Part shown: in pieces, positions 31,553 through 42,295 of the stretch
Position numbering within the stretch: position 1 is the first letter of the stretch
Layout: each line of letters begins with the position of its first letter
Source of the DNA: an uncultured bacterium
GTDB lineage: Bacteria > Bacillota_I > Bacilli_A > RFN20 > CAG-826
Length of the DNA: 64,000 bases
Direction of reading: 5' to 3'
Assembly (NCBI GenBank): GCA_949284685.1
Contig: CASDWE010000002.1
Coordinates: 448,476 to 512,475, forward strand
Notes under the pieces: model-generated
Database searches by the model: none
What the model was told of the DNA's origin: nothing
The model's input: the letters and a program-made list of their open reading frames with translations, nothing else
Position numbers and translations under genes: made by a program

Positions 31553-31857
31553 TAAAACAATCCGCCTCCAGCTTTTTGACCTGTAACATTTTCATTAATT
31601 TCTTGCTCAGCTGCAATTATTTGTTGTAATAAATCATTGACCGCTAATGAAATAGCTTCTTCAAGCATTTCTTTGTTTTCTGGATCAAGTGCATCTTTAT
31701 CAATATCAATTGTTTTAATTGACTTATCACCTAACATTGTGACATTAACCATACCATTTTTAGATATAGTAAATTCTTGATTTGCTAAGGCTTCCTTAGC
31801 TTTTTTAAGTTCTCTTTGCATTTTTTGTGCTTGTTGCATAATTTGTGAAAGATTCAT
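31552..31857 (-). CDS. ybaB: YbaB/EbfC nucleoid-associated protein
   Basis: ~100-aa protein sitting between dnaX and recR. Confidence 0.85.
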   Translation of the reverse strand: MNLSQIMQQAQKMQRELKKAKEALANQEFTISKNGMVNVTMLGDKSIKTIDIDKDALDPENKEMLEEAISLAVNDLLQQIIAAEQEINENVTGQKAGGGLF

Positions 31858-31858
31858 T

Positions 31859-33601
31859 TTAATTTTCTCCTATCATTTTAATTTCGATTGTATCTGGTTT
31901 TGGTAATTTATTAACTTCTTTTAAATTTTTAACTTTCACTTGAAGATCAACAGAATCTTTTCTTGACACTGCATATATAAAGATTTTCTGTTTAAAAACA
32001 ATTTGTGAAATAGCTTGTAAATCTTTTTGGCTTTGCAATGAATTAATTTTAGAAACATTGCTTAAAATATCATATTCAATAATCATAATATTTTTGCAAG
32101 CTAGAAGCAGGTGACCATCTAATAATAATGTTGCTTTACTTCCATATTTAGGATGGGTTGCTAATTCTTCCAAATTTGACCACATTTTATTATATTTGAC
32201 TTTGAAGTCTCTTTTTGCGACTGCAGTAATATTTAATAAATCATCATTTGAAAGATAATATTGGCCTTCTTCTATTTTGACAAAACTTGGATATGTAATA
32301 TTGGTGTCGATTTTAGTTTCATCAATTGCATCAAATAGCGATATATTTTTTTCGACTTCTTCTTTTTCTTCAAGTTGTTCTTTTTCAACTTGCGATTGAG
32401 TATCATTATTTTTTACATTTAAAGAACTCTCTATAACCGGTTCTTTATTTTTATCATTTGTTATTTCTTTGATATATGGCTTATCTATAACTTTTTGAAC
32501 TAGCTTTTCTTTTTTAATTTCCTTATCTTCATTAGTGTAAAGTTTTAAAAGAGCAATTTCAAAAATAGGATTAATGTTAGTAACTAATTTATAATCCTTG
32601 ATAGCGGATAATAATATATCAATATTTTTTAAAGCATTATTATAAGTATATTTCGATGAATAAATGTTAGCTTCTTCTTCGTTAAGGATTTGCAATAAAG
32701 AAATATCACCTGTTGAATCATATATCAGTATATCTTTAAAAATATCGATTAAATCACTAGTTAATCTTTTAATATCGCTACCTTTGTCGATATAGTTATT
32801 AACACGATTTAAAATTTCTTTAACATCCTTTTTATAAATATCATCTAAAAGTGCTAATTTTTCTTGTTTGGACTCGATTGAAAAAATATTTAAAACATCA
32901 TCTAATTTTAAATTATTAACACTGTAGGCGAGCACTTGATCTAATATTGATAATGCATCACGCATCCCTCCATCAGAAAGTGATACAATTATATCAATCG
33001 CATCATCTTCATAGGTAATACCTTCTTGATTTAAAACATATATCAATCTATTTTTTATTTCTTTATCGCTCAATTTAGAAAAATCAAATCTTTGGCATCT
33101 AGATAAAATAGTAGGTAAAATTTTATGAGGTTCTGTTGTAGCTAAAATAAATATGACATGTTCTGGTGGTTCTTCTAGTGTTTTTAATAATGCATTAAAA
33201 GCACCAGGAGTCATCATGTGAACTTCATCAATAATGTATACTTTATATTTTCCCAAAATAGTGGAGTAATGGACTTTGTCGATTAAATCTCTAACCTCAT
33301 CGACACCATTATTTGACGCGGCATCTATTTCAATAACATCTGGATGAGATCCATTGTTAATAGCTTCACAATTTTTACATTTATTGCATTGATGTCCTAA
33401 TCCTTCATCACAATTTAATGCTTTCGCAAAAAGCTTTGCCATAGTTGTTTTGCCTGTTCCTCTTGGACCAGCAAAAAGATAAGCATGACCAATCTTGCCA
33501 GTGCTTATAGCGTTTTTTAATATTTTAACGATTGCTTCTTGACCTGAAACTTCGTCAAAAGTAGATGGACGATATTTTCTATATAATGCTTTATAACTCA
33601 T
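31859..33601 (-). CDS. dnaX: DNA polymerase III subunits gamma/tau
   Basis: GPRGTGKTT Walker A, the zinc module CNKCKNCEAINNG, and an SRC motif. Confidence 0.9.
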   Translation of the reverse strand: MSYKALYRKYRPSTFDEVSGQEAIVKILKNAISTGKIGHAYLFAGPRGTGKTTMAKLFAKALNCDEGLGHQCNKCKNCEAINNGSHPDVIEIDAASNNGVDEVRDLIDKVHYSTILGKYKVYIIDEVHMMTPGAFNALLKTLEEPPEHVIFILATTEPHKILPTILSRCQRFDFSKLSDKEIKNRLIYVLNQEGITYEDDAIDIIVSLSDGGMRDALSILDQVLAYSVNNLKLDDVLNIFSIESKQEKLALLDDIYKKDVKEILNRVNNYIDKGSDIKRLTSDLIDIFKDILIYDSTGDISLLQILNEEEANIYSSKYTYNNALKNIDILLSAIKDYKLVTNINPIFEIALLKLYTNEDKEIKKEKLVQKVIDKPYIKEITNDKNKEPVIESSLNVKNNDTQSQVEKEQLEEKEEVEKNISLFDAIDETKIDTNITYPSFVKIEEGQYYLSNDDLLNITAVAKRDFKVKYNKMWSNLEELATHPKYGSKATLLLDGHLLLACKNIMIIEYDILSNVSKINSLQSQKDLQAISQIVFKQKIFIYAVSRKDSVDLQVKVKNLKEVNKLPKPDTIEIKMIGEN

Positions 33602-33831
33602 ATATATTTACAAACGATATTATACACTCGTTTGATGTTTAAATAAATGGAAATGATTGTAAATCATTAAATTGAGCAAAAACAATTTATAATAATAGGA
33701 AAATTAAATGATTATTAAATACTCGTGCAAAATGGTTTAAAAGAGTAATAGATGAAAAATCAATATGCTATATTGTTCCTACACTTATTAGTTTTTTTAT
33801 GGTAAAATAACAACACATTTGAGGTTTATTT

Positions 33832-34914
33832 ATGGACGATATAATGTTTGAAAGATTAAATACTGCTAAGCAAAGATTAAAAGAAATTGATGAACAATTA
33901 GTAGACGAAAATATTGTTCGAGATATCAATTTGTTTAAGACTTTATCAAAAGAAAGATCATCTTTAGAACCACAAGTTGATAAATTCAATGAATATTTAA
34001 AAACCATCGAAGATAAAAAACAAGCTCTAGAAATGTCTAACGACAGTGATTCTGATATTGCCGAAATGGGAAAAGAAGAATTCAAAAGGCTGAGTGCATT
34101 AGAATTACAAATCATTGAAGAATTAAATTTATTGCTAATTCCTAAAGATCCTAACGATGATAAAAACATTATTGTTGAAATACGTGGGGCTGTAGGTGGT
34201 GATGAAGCTAATATATTCGCTGGCGACTTGTTTAGAATGTATACAAAATATGCTGAAACACAATCTTGGAAAATGCAAGTTTTAGATTCTTCACCATGCG
34301 AAGCAGGTGGATATTCTTTAATATCATTTAAAATTAAAGGCGAAAAAGTATATTCAAAATTAAAATTTGAAAGCGGTGCACATCGTGTTCAGCGCGTTCC
34401 AAAAACAGAAGCAAATGGTCGTATTCATACGTCAACTGCGACTGTTTTAGTTATGCCTGAGGCTGATGAGATTGATATTCAAATAAATCCAAGCGACTTG
34501 CAAATAGATACATATCATTCACAAGGTGCAGGTGGGCAAAATGTTAATAAAACCGAATCAGCAGTACGAATTACACATTTACCAACAAATACTGTTGTTG
34601 CTTGCCAAACAGAAAAATCACAAATTCAAAATAAAGAATTAGCTATGCAAATGCTTCGTGCAAAATTATACGCGGATGCACTAGCTAAACAAGAACAAGA
34701 AAGAGGAAGCGAACGTAAACTTAAAGTAGGAACCGGTGAAAGAAGTGAAAAAATTCGTACCTATAATTATCCTCAAAATCGTGTTACAGATCACCGCATT
34801 GGATTTACTATACAAAAACTTGATCGTGTAATGGAAGGGGAATTAGATGAGATTATTGACGCTCTTATTCATTTTGATCAACAAAATAAAATCGCTGGTG
34901 AATTAAAAAAATAA
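33832..34914 (+). CDS. prfA: Peptide chain release factor 1
   Basis: GGQ motif in context (SQGAGGQNVNKTESAVRITHLPT). Confidence 0.9.
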   Translation: MDDIMFERLNTAKQRLKEIDEQLVDENIVRDINLFKTLSKERSSLEPQVDKFNEYLKTIEDKKQALEMSNDSDSDIAEMGKEEFKRLSALELQIIEELNLLLIPKDPNDDKNIIVEIRGAVGGDEANIFAGDLFRMYTKYAETQSWKMQVLDSSPCEAGGYSLISFKIKGEKVYSKLKFESGAHRVQRVPKTEANGRIHTSTATVLVMPEADEIDIQINPSDLQIDTYHSQGAGGQNVNKTESAVRITHLPTNTVVACQTEKSQIQNKELAMQMLRAKLYADALAKQEQERGSERKLKVGTGERSEKIRTYNYPQNRVTDHRIGFTIQKLDRVMEGELDEIIDALIHFDQQNKIAGELKK

Positions 34915-34916
34915 AT

Positions 34917-35756
34917 ATGTCTACAAACAAAGAAATTTATTTTGATTTAAAAAAAAGCAAGAATAAATATTTGACCGATTCAGTAATTAAATATTTGTTA
35001 ATTGATGTTAACAATTTTAGTAATTTTTCTGATTTGGTTATTAATTTTGATAAGCAATGTATTAATGAAACACTACTATTTAAATATGTTGAAGAAATAA
35101 AAAGTGGCGTTCCTTATCAATATGTTTTAGGAAAAGTTGATTTTTTAGATATTAATTTGTTGATTAATAATTCTTGTTTAATTCCTAGACAAGAAAGTGA
35201 GCAACTTTGCTTAATTGCAAAAGAGATGATTAAGAAAATATTTAATCAAAAAAAAGTTAATCTTCTCGATCTTTGTAGCGGTAGTGGGTGTTTGTCATTA
35301 TATCTTTCAAAGCATGTAAAGTGTAATATTGTAACTGGTGTAGACATAAGTATGGAAAGTGTTAAACTCGCTAATCAAAATAAGCAAAGATTAAATTTAA
35401 ATGTCAAATATGTATGTCGTGATATTCAATTGTTTTTTGAAGAAAACAAAATTTTATATGATGTTTTAATTTGTAATCCGCCTTATATTAGCGATATAAA
35501 TACTGTCGATGAACAAGTTTTAAAATTTGAACCGCATCAAGCTTTGTTTGCTAATCCAGGATATTTGTTTTATGAAATTATATTTCAAAATTATCAAAAA
35601 ATTTTAAACAGCAAATATATTATGTTTTTTGAAATAAGTGAAGATTTGCAAGAAGATTTGATTAATCTGATTAGTATTTACTTAAATGACGTTACATATA
35701 TTTTTAAAAAAGATATATATGATAAAGTACGTTTTTTAATTATATTAAAGGAGTAG
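34917..35756 (+). CDS. prmC: Release factor glutamine methyltransferase
   Basis: NPPY motif (CNPPYI), an SAM-binding LDLCSGSG motif; immediately downstream of prfA. Confidence 0.8.
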   Translation: MSTNKEIYFDLKKSKNKYLTDSVIKYLLIDVNNFSNFSDLVINFDKQCINETLLFKYVEEIKSGVPYQYVLGKVDFLDINLLINNSCLIPRQESEQLCLIAKEMIKKIFNQKKVNLLDLCSGSGCLSLYLSKHVKCNIVTGVDISMESVKLANQNKQRLNLNVKYVCRDIQLFFEENKILYDVLICNPPYISDINTVDEQVLKFEPHQALFANPGYLFYEIIFQNYQKILNSKYIMFFEISEDLQEDLINLISIYLNDVTYIFKKDIYDKVRFLIILKE

Positions 35757-35757
35757 T

Positions 35758-36351
35758 ATGAATATTAACTTAAAAGAAATTAATAAAGTTTTAAAAAACC
35801 ACAATGTCATAGCATTTCCCACTGATACTGTTTGTGGTCTTGGCGTTATTTATGATGATTTTATTGCTTATGAAAAACTTAATAGAATTAAAAATAGGGC
35901 ACCAGATAAACCATATACAATGATGGTCGCGGATTTAGAAGATATTAATAAATATGCTTATGTTGATTTAAAAGTAGAAAAGCTTATTAAAAAATATATG
36001 CCTGGAAAAATAACACTTCTTTTAAAAGTTAAAGATAATGTTCCGCCATATGTAACACACAATACTAACAAAATAGGTATTCGTATCCCAGATGTTTCAT
36101 TTATTAGAAATATTATTCGTTATATTAAATCGCCATTACTTGTACCTAGTGCAAATAAATCAGGAATGCCTGCTTTAACAAATATGGAGGATGTAAAAAA
36201 AGTTTTTAAAAATGAAGTATCTTATTACATTGATGGAAATAGTCTTGCTTTAAAGCCATCCACTATCGTTGATATGTGTGATACAATAAAAGTAATAAGA
36301 GAAGGAGATATTTCGGCTGAAGAAATATTTAATACACTAAAAGAGGATTAA
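35758..36351 (+). CDS. tsaC: L-threonylcarbamoyladenylate synthase (YrdC/Sua5 domain, TsaC-like)
   Basis: PTDTVCGLG motif. Confidence 0.8.
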   Translation: MNINLKEINKVLKNHNVIAFPTDTVCGLGVIYDDFIAYEKLNRIKNRAPDKPYTMMVADLEDINKYAYVDLKVEKLIKKYMPGKITLLLKVKDNVPPYVTHNTNKIGIRIPDVSFIRNIIRYIKSPLLVPSANKSGMPALTNMEDVKKVFKNEVSYYIDGNSLALKPSTIVDMCDTIKVIREGDISAEEIFNTLKED

Positions 36352-36354
36352 ATT

Positions 36355-36795
36355 ATGAAAATTGCAATCGGTAGTGATCATGGTGGACTTGATTATAAAA
36401 CACGTATTAAAGAATATTTAATAAATAAAAAATACAATGTTGTTGATGTTGGAACTTTTAAACAAGAATCTTGTCACTATCCAATTTTTGCTTTTGAAGT
36501 TGGCAAAAAAGTATCTTCAGGCGAATGTGATTATGGTATTGTCATTTGTACTTCTGGGGAAGGCGTTTGCATAGCCGCAAATAAAGTAAAGGGAATTCGT
36601 TGTGGAATCGGATATAACGATGAAGTTGCTAGATTAATGAGACAACATAACGACGCCAATGTTATCGCTTTTAGTCAAGCTTTTATGGATTATAAAGATG
36701 TTTTAAATAGAATTGATATTTTTCTTAATACGAAATTTGAAGGCGGCAGACACCAAATTCGTGTGGATATGATAAAAAATTTTGAAAATAATTAG
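36355..36795 (+). CDS. rpiB: Ribose-5-phosphate isomerase B
   Basis: MKIAIGSDHGG...CGTGIG-like pattern of RpiB/LacAB. Confidence 0.85.
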   Translation: MKIAIGSDHGGLDYKTRIKEYLINKKYNVVDVGTFKQESCHYPIFAFEVGKKVSSGECDYGIVICTSGEGVCIAANKVKGIRCGIGYNDEVARLMRQHNDANVIAFSQAFMDYKDVLNRIDIFLNTKFEGGRHQIRVDMIKNFENN

Positions 36796-36826
36796 TCAAA
36801 AATAAATTTTCACCCTAATAGTAAAT

Positions 36827-37972
36827 ATGGGTGAGTACTTTAAATGTCCTAGATGTGGTAATGAAGATTTAAACAAAGTCGGGGTATTAAACGGCAAGTT
36901 TTATTGTCGTGCATGCATAACTTTTAATGGCCAGGAAGTTATAAAGACTAAATCCGAAACAAAATCTTGTGATTATTCGCTAACGTATCCTTTGAGCGAA
37001 AGTCAAAAAAAGATTTCCAAACAAGTTGTTTTAAATTATTGTCAAGGAAGGGACACGTTAATCCATGCGGTTTGTGGAGCTGGTAAGACTGAATTAGTGT
37101 ATGAAGTAATAGCACATGTTGTAAGAGGAGGAGGAAAAGTCGGGTTTGCTATTCCTAGAAGAGATGTTGTTATTGAACTTTTTAATCGTATCAGTGAAGT
37201 ATTTAAAAATAATGTTGTTACAAAAGTTTATGGTGGTGAAAATGAACATTTAGACGGAGACATTATTTGTTTAACTTGTCATCAACTTTATCGTTACAAC
37301 AACTTTTTTGATTTACTAATTATCGATGAGATTGATGCATTTCCATATGCTGATAATGCTGTTTTGAAAAATTTTGCTATACGTTCTTTGTCAGGAAGAT
37401 TCGTTATGTTAAGTGCAACACCAAGCCAAGAAACAATTCTATTTTTTAGAAGACATAATGGAAGTATACTGACATTAAACAAGCGTTTTCATAATTTTCC
37501 ACTGCCAGTTCCAAAAGTGCTCATCCGAATTGGTGTAATTAAATACTTTACATTGATAAATTATTTATTGAAATTTGAAAAAGAAAATAAACAAGTTTTT
37601 GTTTTTGTTCCGACTATCGCAATGTGTGAAATTGTCTATAAATTTGTAAGAGAGTTTGTTAAAAATGGGGAATACGTGCATTCAAAAAGAAACAAACGAG
37701 AAGAAATAATTTCAAATTTCAAAGAACATAGATTTAATTTTTTAATAACCACATCAGTTTTAGAACGTGGCGTAACGGTTAAAAATTTACAAGTTATAGT
37801 ATTTAATGCTGATCATAGCATTTACACATCTGATGCACTTATACAAATTTCTGGAAGAGTTGGGCGAAAAATTGATGCACCAAAAGGTGATGTAATTTTT
37901 TTGGTAAACAAAGAAAATGATGAAATTCAAAAATGTATTAAAAATATTCAATTATCCAACCAGAATTTGTAA
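36827..37972 (+). CDS. comFA: Competence protein ComFA-like DEAD/DEAH helicase
   Basis: N-terminal zinc ribbon (CPRCGN...CRAC), GAGKT Walker A, and a DEID box. Confidence 0.7.
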   Translation: MGEYFKCPRCGNEDLNKVGVLNGKFYCRACITFNGQEVIKTKSETKSCDYSLTYPLSESQKKISKQVVLNYCQGRDTLIHAVCGAGKTELVYEVIAHVVRGGGKVGFAIPRRDVVIELFNRISEVFKNNVVTKVYGGENEHLDGDIICLTCHQLYRYNNFFDLLIIDEIDAFPYADNAVLKNFAIRSLSGRFVMLSATPSQETILFFRRHNGSILTLNKRFHNFPLPVPKVLIRIGVIKYFTLINYLLKFEKENKQVFVFVPTIAMCEIVYKFVREFVKNGEYVHSKRNKREEIISNFKEHRFNFLITTSVLERGVTVKNLQVIVFNADHSIYTSDALIQISGRVGRKIDAPKGDVIFLVNKENDEIQKCIKNIQLSNQNL

Positions 37973-38669
37973 AGTATGTTTTGAAAGTATAAAGTTTAAA
38001 ACTTTTTTAGATATTTTTATTAGCGATGATACTTGTGATAAATGTTTTAGTCAACGCGAACCTAAATTTCACAAATTTAAAATAAAAAATTATGATGGAT
38101 TATCTTTATATGATTATGATGATGAAATAAAAAAATTAATTTATCAGTTTAAAGGTTGTTATGATATTGAGCTTAAAAATACTTTTTTGAGTAAATACGC
38201 GCCGCTATTAAATTTAATGTATGTTGGTTATTACGTTGTTTTTGTTCCTAGTTACGTAGATGAAGACAAAGTGCGCGGCTTTAATCATGTTAAGGAAATG
38301 TTTTCCATATTAAATTTAAAAACAATTGATTTGCTTAACAAAAGTGATAATTATAAACAATCAGATCAAAATATTCAAAATAGAATAAATATCTCTAAAT
38401 ACTTATCTCTTACACAACAACTAGATTTGAGAAAAAAGAATATTTTATTAGTGGATGATATTTTAACTACAGGTAATACTCTTTATTCATGTATTGAGTT
38501 ATTAGAGAAATGTCATCCACATAAAATAAAAATTTTAACAATAGCAAAAACGCTTAAGGCTAATGACAATTTCCAATCAAAATACGAAGAAAAAATGTCA
38601 TTTTTAGATAGTTTTAGTAAAAAGTTGCATTGTTTTACCAAAAAGATTTTAAGTGGTAAAAATAAATAG
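37917..38669 (+). CDS. comFC: ComFC-like phosphoribosyltransferase
   Basis: N-terminal Cys4 motif and a PRTase motif (LLVDDILTTGNT); overlaps comFA. Confidence 0.7.
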   Translation: MMKFKNVLKIFNYPTRICKVCFESIKFKTFLDIFISDDTCDKCFSQREPKFHKFKIKNYDGLSLYDYDDEIKKLIYQFKGCYDIELKNTFLSKYAPLLNLMYVGYYVVFVPSYVDEDKVRGFNHVKEMFSILNLKTIDLLNKSDNYKQSDQNIQNRINISKYLSLTQQLDLRKKNILLVDDILTTGNTLYSCIELLEKCHPHKIKILTIAKTLKANDNFQSKYEEKMSFLDSFSKKLHCFTKKILSGKNK

Positions 38670-38768
38670 AAAAATTTCAAATAGACTAATATTAGTCTAA
38701 ATGGTAATATATATAAGCGAATATTTTTATTCAATTTGTAAATATGAAATGAAAGGCTAGGTAATTAA

Positions 38769-41168
38769 ATGGGCTTTTTTGACAAGAGATTATTAAAAAA
38801 ATATGCAAAACAAGCTAAACAAGTTATTGCACTTGAAAAAGATATGGCTGCGTTATCCGATGAAGAATTAAAAGGATATACGGCTCATTTTAAAGAATTA
38901 TTAGCACAAGGAAAAACATTAGAAGATATTAAAATTCAAGCTTTCGCTGTTGCTCGCGAAGCTGCTAAAAGGGTTTTGAATCAATTTCCTTTTGAAGTAC
39001 AAATTATTGGTGCTTTAATTTTAAATGCTGGTGATGTTGCGGAAATGAAAACTGGAGAAGGTAAAACTCTTACCGCAACGATGGCTGTTTATTTAAATGC
39101 TTTAACTGGAAAAGGTGTTCATGTTGTTACAGTCAATGAATATTTAGCTGAACGTGATGCTAATTGGATGGGACAAATTTATACATTTTTAGGTCTTAAA
39201 GTAGGTGTTAATTTGCGCAGCAAAACAACTAGCGAAAAGCAAGAAGCATACGCATGCGATATTACTTATACAACAAACTCAGAACTAGGTTTTGACTATT
39301 TAAGAGATAATATGGCTCAGTCATTAAAAGGTCGTGTTTTGCGCGGCTTAGAATATGCGATTATCGATGAAGCTGACTCTATTTTAATTGATGAAAGTAG
39401 AACGCCTTTAATTATCTCTGGCGGAGCAAAAGCATCACCAAGTCAATATACTGTTGCCGATCGCTTTGTTAAGACGTTACGTAAAGATAAAGATTTTACT
39501 ATCGATGTAAAAGATAAAACTGTTAACTTAACTGATGATGGAAATGCTAAAGCAGAAAGAATGTTTGGCATTAAAAATCTTTACGCACCTGAATATGCTG
39601 ATTTAGTCCATCGAATTCATAATGCTTTGAAAGCAAATTACATAATGCAAAGAGATGTCGATTATTTAATAGATGCTAATCGCCAAGTGCAAATTATTGA
39701 CCAATTTACTGGTCGTGTTTTAGCAGGCAGAGAGTGGTCTGATGGTTTACATCAAGCTGTTCAAGCAAAAGAAAATGTTGAAATTAAACAAGAAACAATC
39801 ACCATGGCTACTATTACATATCAAAATTTCTTTCGCTTGTATCATAAATTGTCTGGTATGACTGGTACAGCTAAAACCGAAGAAGAAGAATTTCAAAAAA
39901 TATATAATATGCGTGTTATTTGTGTGCCAACTAACAAACCGGTTATACGTGTTGATGCCCTTGATTATGTTTATGCACACAAGGGTCCAAAACTACGTGC
40001 ATTGATAGAAGAAGTTAAGGCTAGACACGCTACTGGTCAACCAATATTAATTGGTACAGTTTCTGTGGAATCTAGTGAAGAAATTTCTGCATTATTAAAT
40101 GAAGCAGGATTAAAGCATGAGATGTTAAATGCTAAAAATCACGCTCGTGAAGCCGATATTATTGCTCTAGCTGGAAAAAAAGGTGCTATTACATTAGCAA
40201 CTAATATGGCTGGTAGAGGTACTGATATTAAAATCGACGATGAAGTAAAAGCGTTAGGTGGTTTATGCGTATTAGGTACAGAAAGACACGAATCTAGACG
40301 TATTGATAATCAATTAAGAGGTCGTAGCGGTCGTCAAGGTGATCCAGGCTTTTCTCGTTTCTATGTTTCTTTTGATGACACATTACTTGTTCGCTTTGCA
40401 GCGGATAATATAAGAAACTTTATTGAAAAGAATTGTGGCGATGAAGCTTTAGAAATGAAAATGATTACTAATGTAATTACAGGAGCACAAAAAAGAATAG
40501 AAGGTCAAAACTTTGATACAAGAAAAACATTATTAGATTATGATGATGTTTTAGCAAAGCAAAGACAAATTATTTATACTCGCCGTGATAAAATTTTAAT
40601 GGGTGATGATATAAGTGACATTGTTTCTGACATCTTTAATACTGCTGGTTTGTTTTTAGCAAACAAAGCCATACCAGTTGGTTCATCTTCTAATTTGATT
40701 GACGGAGAAATGTTAATTAAAGAAGTCGAACCAAGATTTTTGCCTGCTGGAAGTCTAAAGAAAAATCTTTACGATGAATCACCTAGTGATGAAGCTGGTA
40801 GTGATTTAGGTTTGGTTATGCTTGATTATTACAATGAAAGAAAGAAACAATGGCCTGCTGAATTATCTGACCAGATAGAAAGAAGCTTTATTTTACGTTG
40901 TATTGATCATAACTGGACTAGACATATCGATAAGATGTCATCTCTTCGTGAGGGAATTTTCTTACGAAGCTACGCTAATGTTAACCCTTTGCAAGACTAC
41001 GTTAACGAAGGTTATTCAATGTTTAGAGATACTTTAAATCTTTCCGCGGTTGATGCTGTTTTAAATTTGATTAACGTTAAAATAGAAAAGAAAGAACAAC
41101 CAAAAGAAGAAGAAAATAAAAATGAAGAATTTCAAGCAAAAGATGCTGAGGTAAAAGATAACAAATAA
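38769..41168 (+). CDS. secA: Preprotein translocase ATPase SecA
   Basis: MKTGEGKT Walker A, a DEAD-like DEADSILIDE motif; 799 aa. Confidence 0.95.
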   Translation: MGFFDKRLLKKYAKQAKQVIALEKDMAALSDEELKGYTAHFKELLAQGKTLEDIKIQAFAVAREAAKRVLNQFPFEVQIIGALILNAGDVAEMKTGEGKTLTATMAVYLNALTGKGVHVVTVNEYLAERDANWMGQIYTFLGLKVGVNLRSKTTSEKQEAYACDITYTTNSELGFDYLRDNMAQSLKGRVLRGLEYAIIDEADSILIDESRTPLIISGGAKASPSQYTVADRFVKTLRKDKDFTIDVKDKTVNLTDDGNAKAERMFGIKNLYAPEYADLVHRIHNALKANYIMQRDVDYLIDANRQVQIIDQFTGRVLAGREWSDGLHQAVQAKENVEIKQETITMATITYQNFFRLYHKLSGMTGTAKTEEEEFQKIYNMRVICVPTNKPVIRVDALDYVYAHKGPKLRALIEEVKARHATGQPILIGTVSVESSEEISALLNEAGLKHEMLNAKNHAREADIIALAGKKGAITLATNMAGRGTDIKIDDEVKALGGLCVLGTERHESRRIDNQLRGRSGRQGDPGFSRFYVSFDDTLLVRFAADNIRNFIEKNCGDEALEMKMITNVITGAQKRIEGQNFDTRKTLLDYDDVLAKQRQIIYTRRDKILMGDDISDIVSDIFNTAGLFLANKAIPVGSSSNLIDGEMLIKEVEPRFLPAGSLKKNLYDESPSDEAGSDLGLVMLDYYNERKKQWPAELSDQIERSFILRCIDHNWTRHIDKMSSLREGIFLRSYANVNPLQDYVNEGYSMFRDTLNLSAVDAVLNLINVKIEKKEQPKEEENKNEEFQAKDAEVKDNK

Positions 41169-41187
41169 AGAAAGGAGTGCGGCTCTA

Positions 41188-42295
41188 ATGGATATAGTTA
41201 AAGATATAAATTTGATTAAAAATTCTTTATTAGAAATTCAATCTAAACTCAAAAAATTAGAGTCGTCTCTTTGACATTACTAAATTAAAAGAAGAAATAG
41301 GTGAATTAACAAAATTATCTTCATCTAATGATTTTTGGTCTGACAACAAAAAAGCACTTGAAACAATTAATAAATTAAATAGTAAAAAAGAAGTAGTTGA
41401 AAAGTTTTCATCGTTAGTTGATGATAGTGAGTTTTTATTAGGGTTAATCCAAATAAATGATTCATCATTAGCTGATGAAATTGAAGATAGCTATAAAAAA
41501 ATAACAAAAGAATTTAAGGATTTTCAAACTGATTTATATTTTACTGATAAAAACGATAATTTATCTTGTCTGTTAGATATTCATCCTGGTGCAGGTGGTA
41601 CAGAAGCCCAAGATTGGGCTGAAATGTTGATGCGTATGTATCTTCGTTTTTGTGAGCAAAATCATCTAAAATGTCAAATAATGGATTATCAAGATGGTGA
41701 TGAAGCAGGAATAAAATCCACAACCTTAAGAATTAGCGGTCGGCATGCATATGGTTTGCTAAAATCAGAAAAAGGGGTTCATCGGTTAGTTAGAATTTCA
41801 CCATTTGACGCTAATAAAAGGAGGCATACTTCATTTGCCAGCGTTGGTGTAGTTCCAGAATTTTCTGATTTAGAAGATATTAAAATTAATGATTCAGATT
41901 TAAAAATTGATACATATCATTCACAAGGAGCGGGTGGACAAAATGTTAATAAAACTGAATCTGCAGTAAGAATTACTCATTTGCCAACTGGAATTGTTGT
42001 ATCTTGCCAAGTTGAAAGATCACAAATGTCGAATAAAGAAACAGCATTAAATATGCTTAAATCCAAGTTGATGCAGTTAGAAATAGATAAAAGAAATAAA
42101 GAATTAAAAAACATTGTTGGTGAGCAAAAAAATATTGAATGGGGTTCACAAATTCGCTCATATGTTTTTTGTCCTTATACTCTTGTTAAAGATAACAGAA
42201 CTAATTATGAAGAAGTGGATGTTAATTCTGTAATGGATGGAAATATATTAAATTTTATCTATGCCTATTTAGATATGGAGGTCAAAAATAAATGA
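41188..42295 (+). CDS. prfB: Peptide chain release factor 2, requires programmed +1 ribosomal frameshift at 41269-41275 (CTT TGA C)
   Basis: ORF1 runs ATG 41188 to TGA 41272-41274 (MDIVKDINLIKNSLLEIQSKLKKLESSL). The +1 frame continues DITKLKEE... into the listed 41624-42295 ORF, which carries the SQGAGGQNVNKTESAVRITHLPT GGQ domain. Confidence 0.85.

Noticed and set aside
33602-33831. SRP RNA (ffs) upstream of dnaX, as in Bacillus
   Set aside because: The divergent intergenic region is uniformly AT-rich with no GGUGCUGUUU/AGGUCAGG-type conserved domain IV sequence
33768-34169. 133-aa minus-strand ORF overlapping the prfA start
   Set aside because: Antisense to the well-supported prfA N-terminus; Ser/Leu/Asn-rich low-complexity composition
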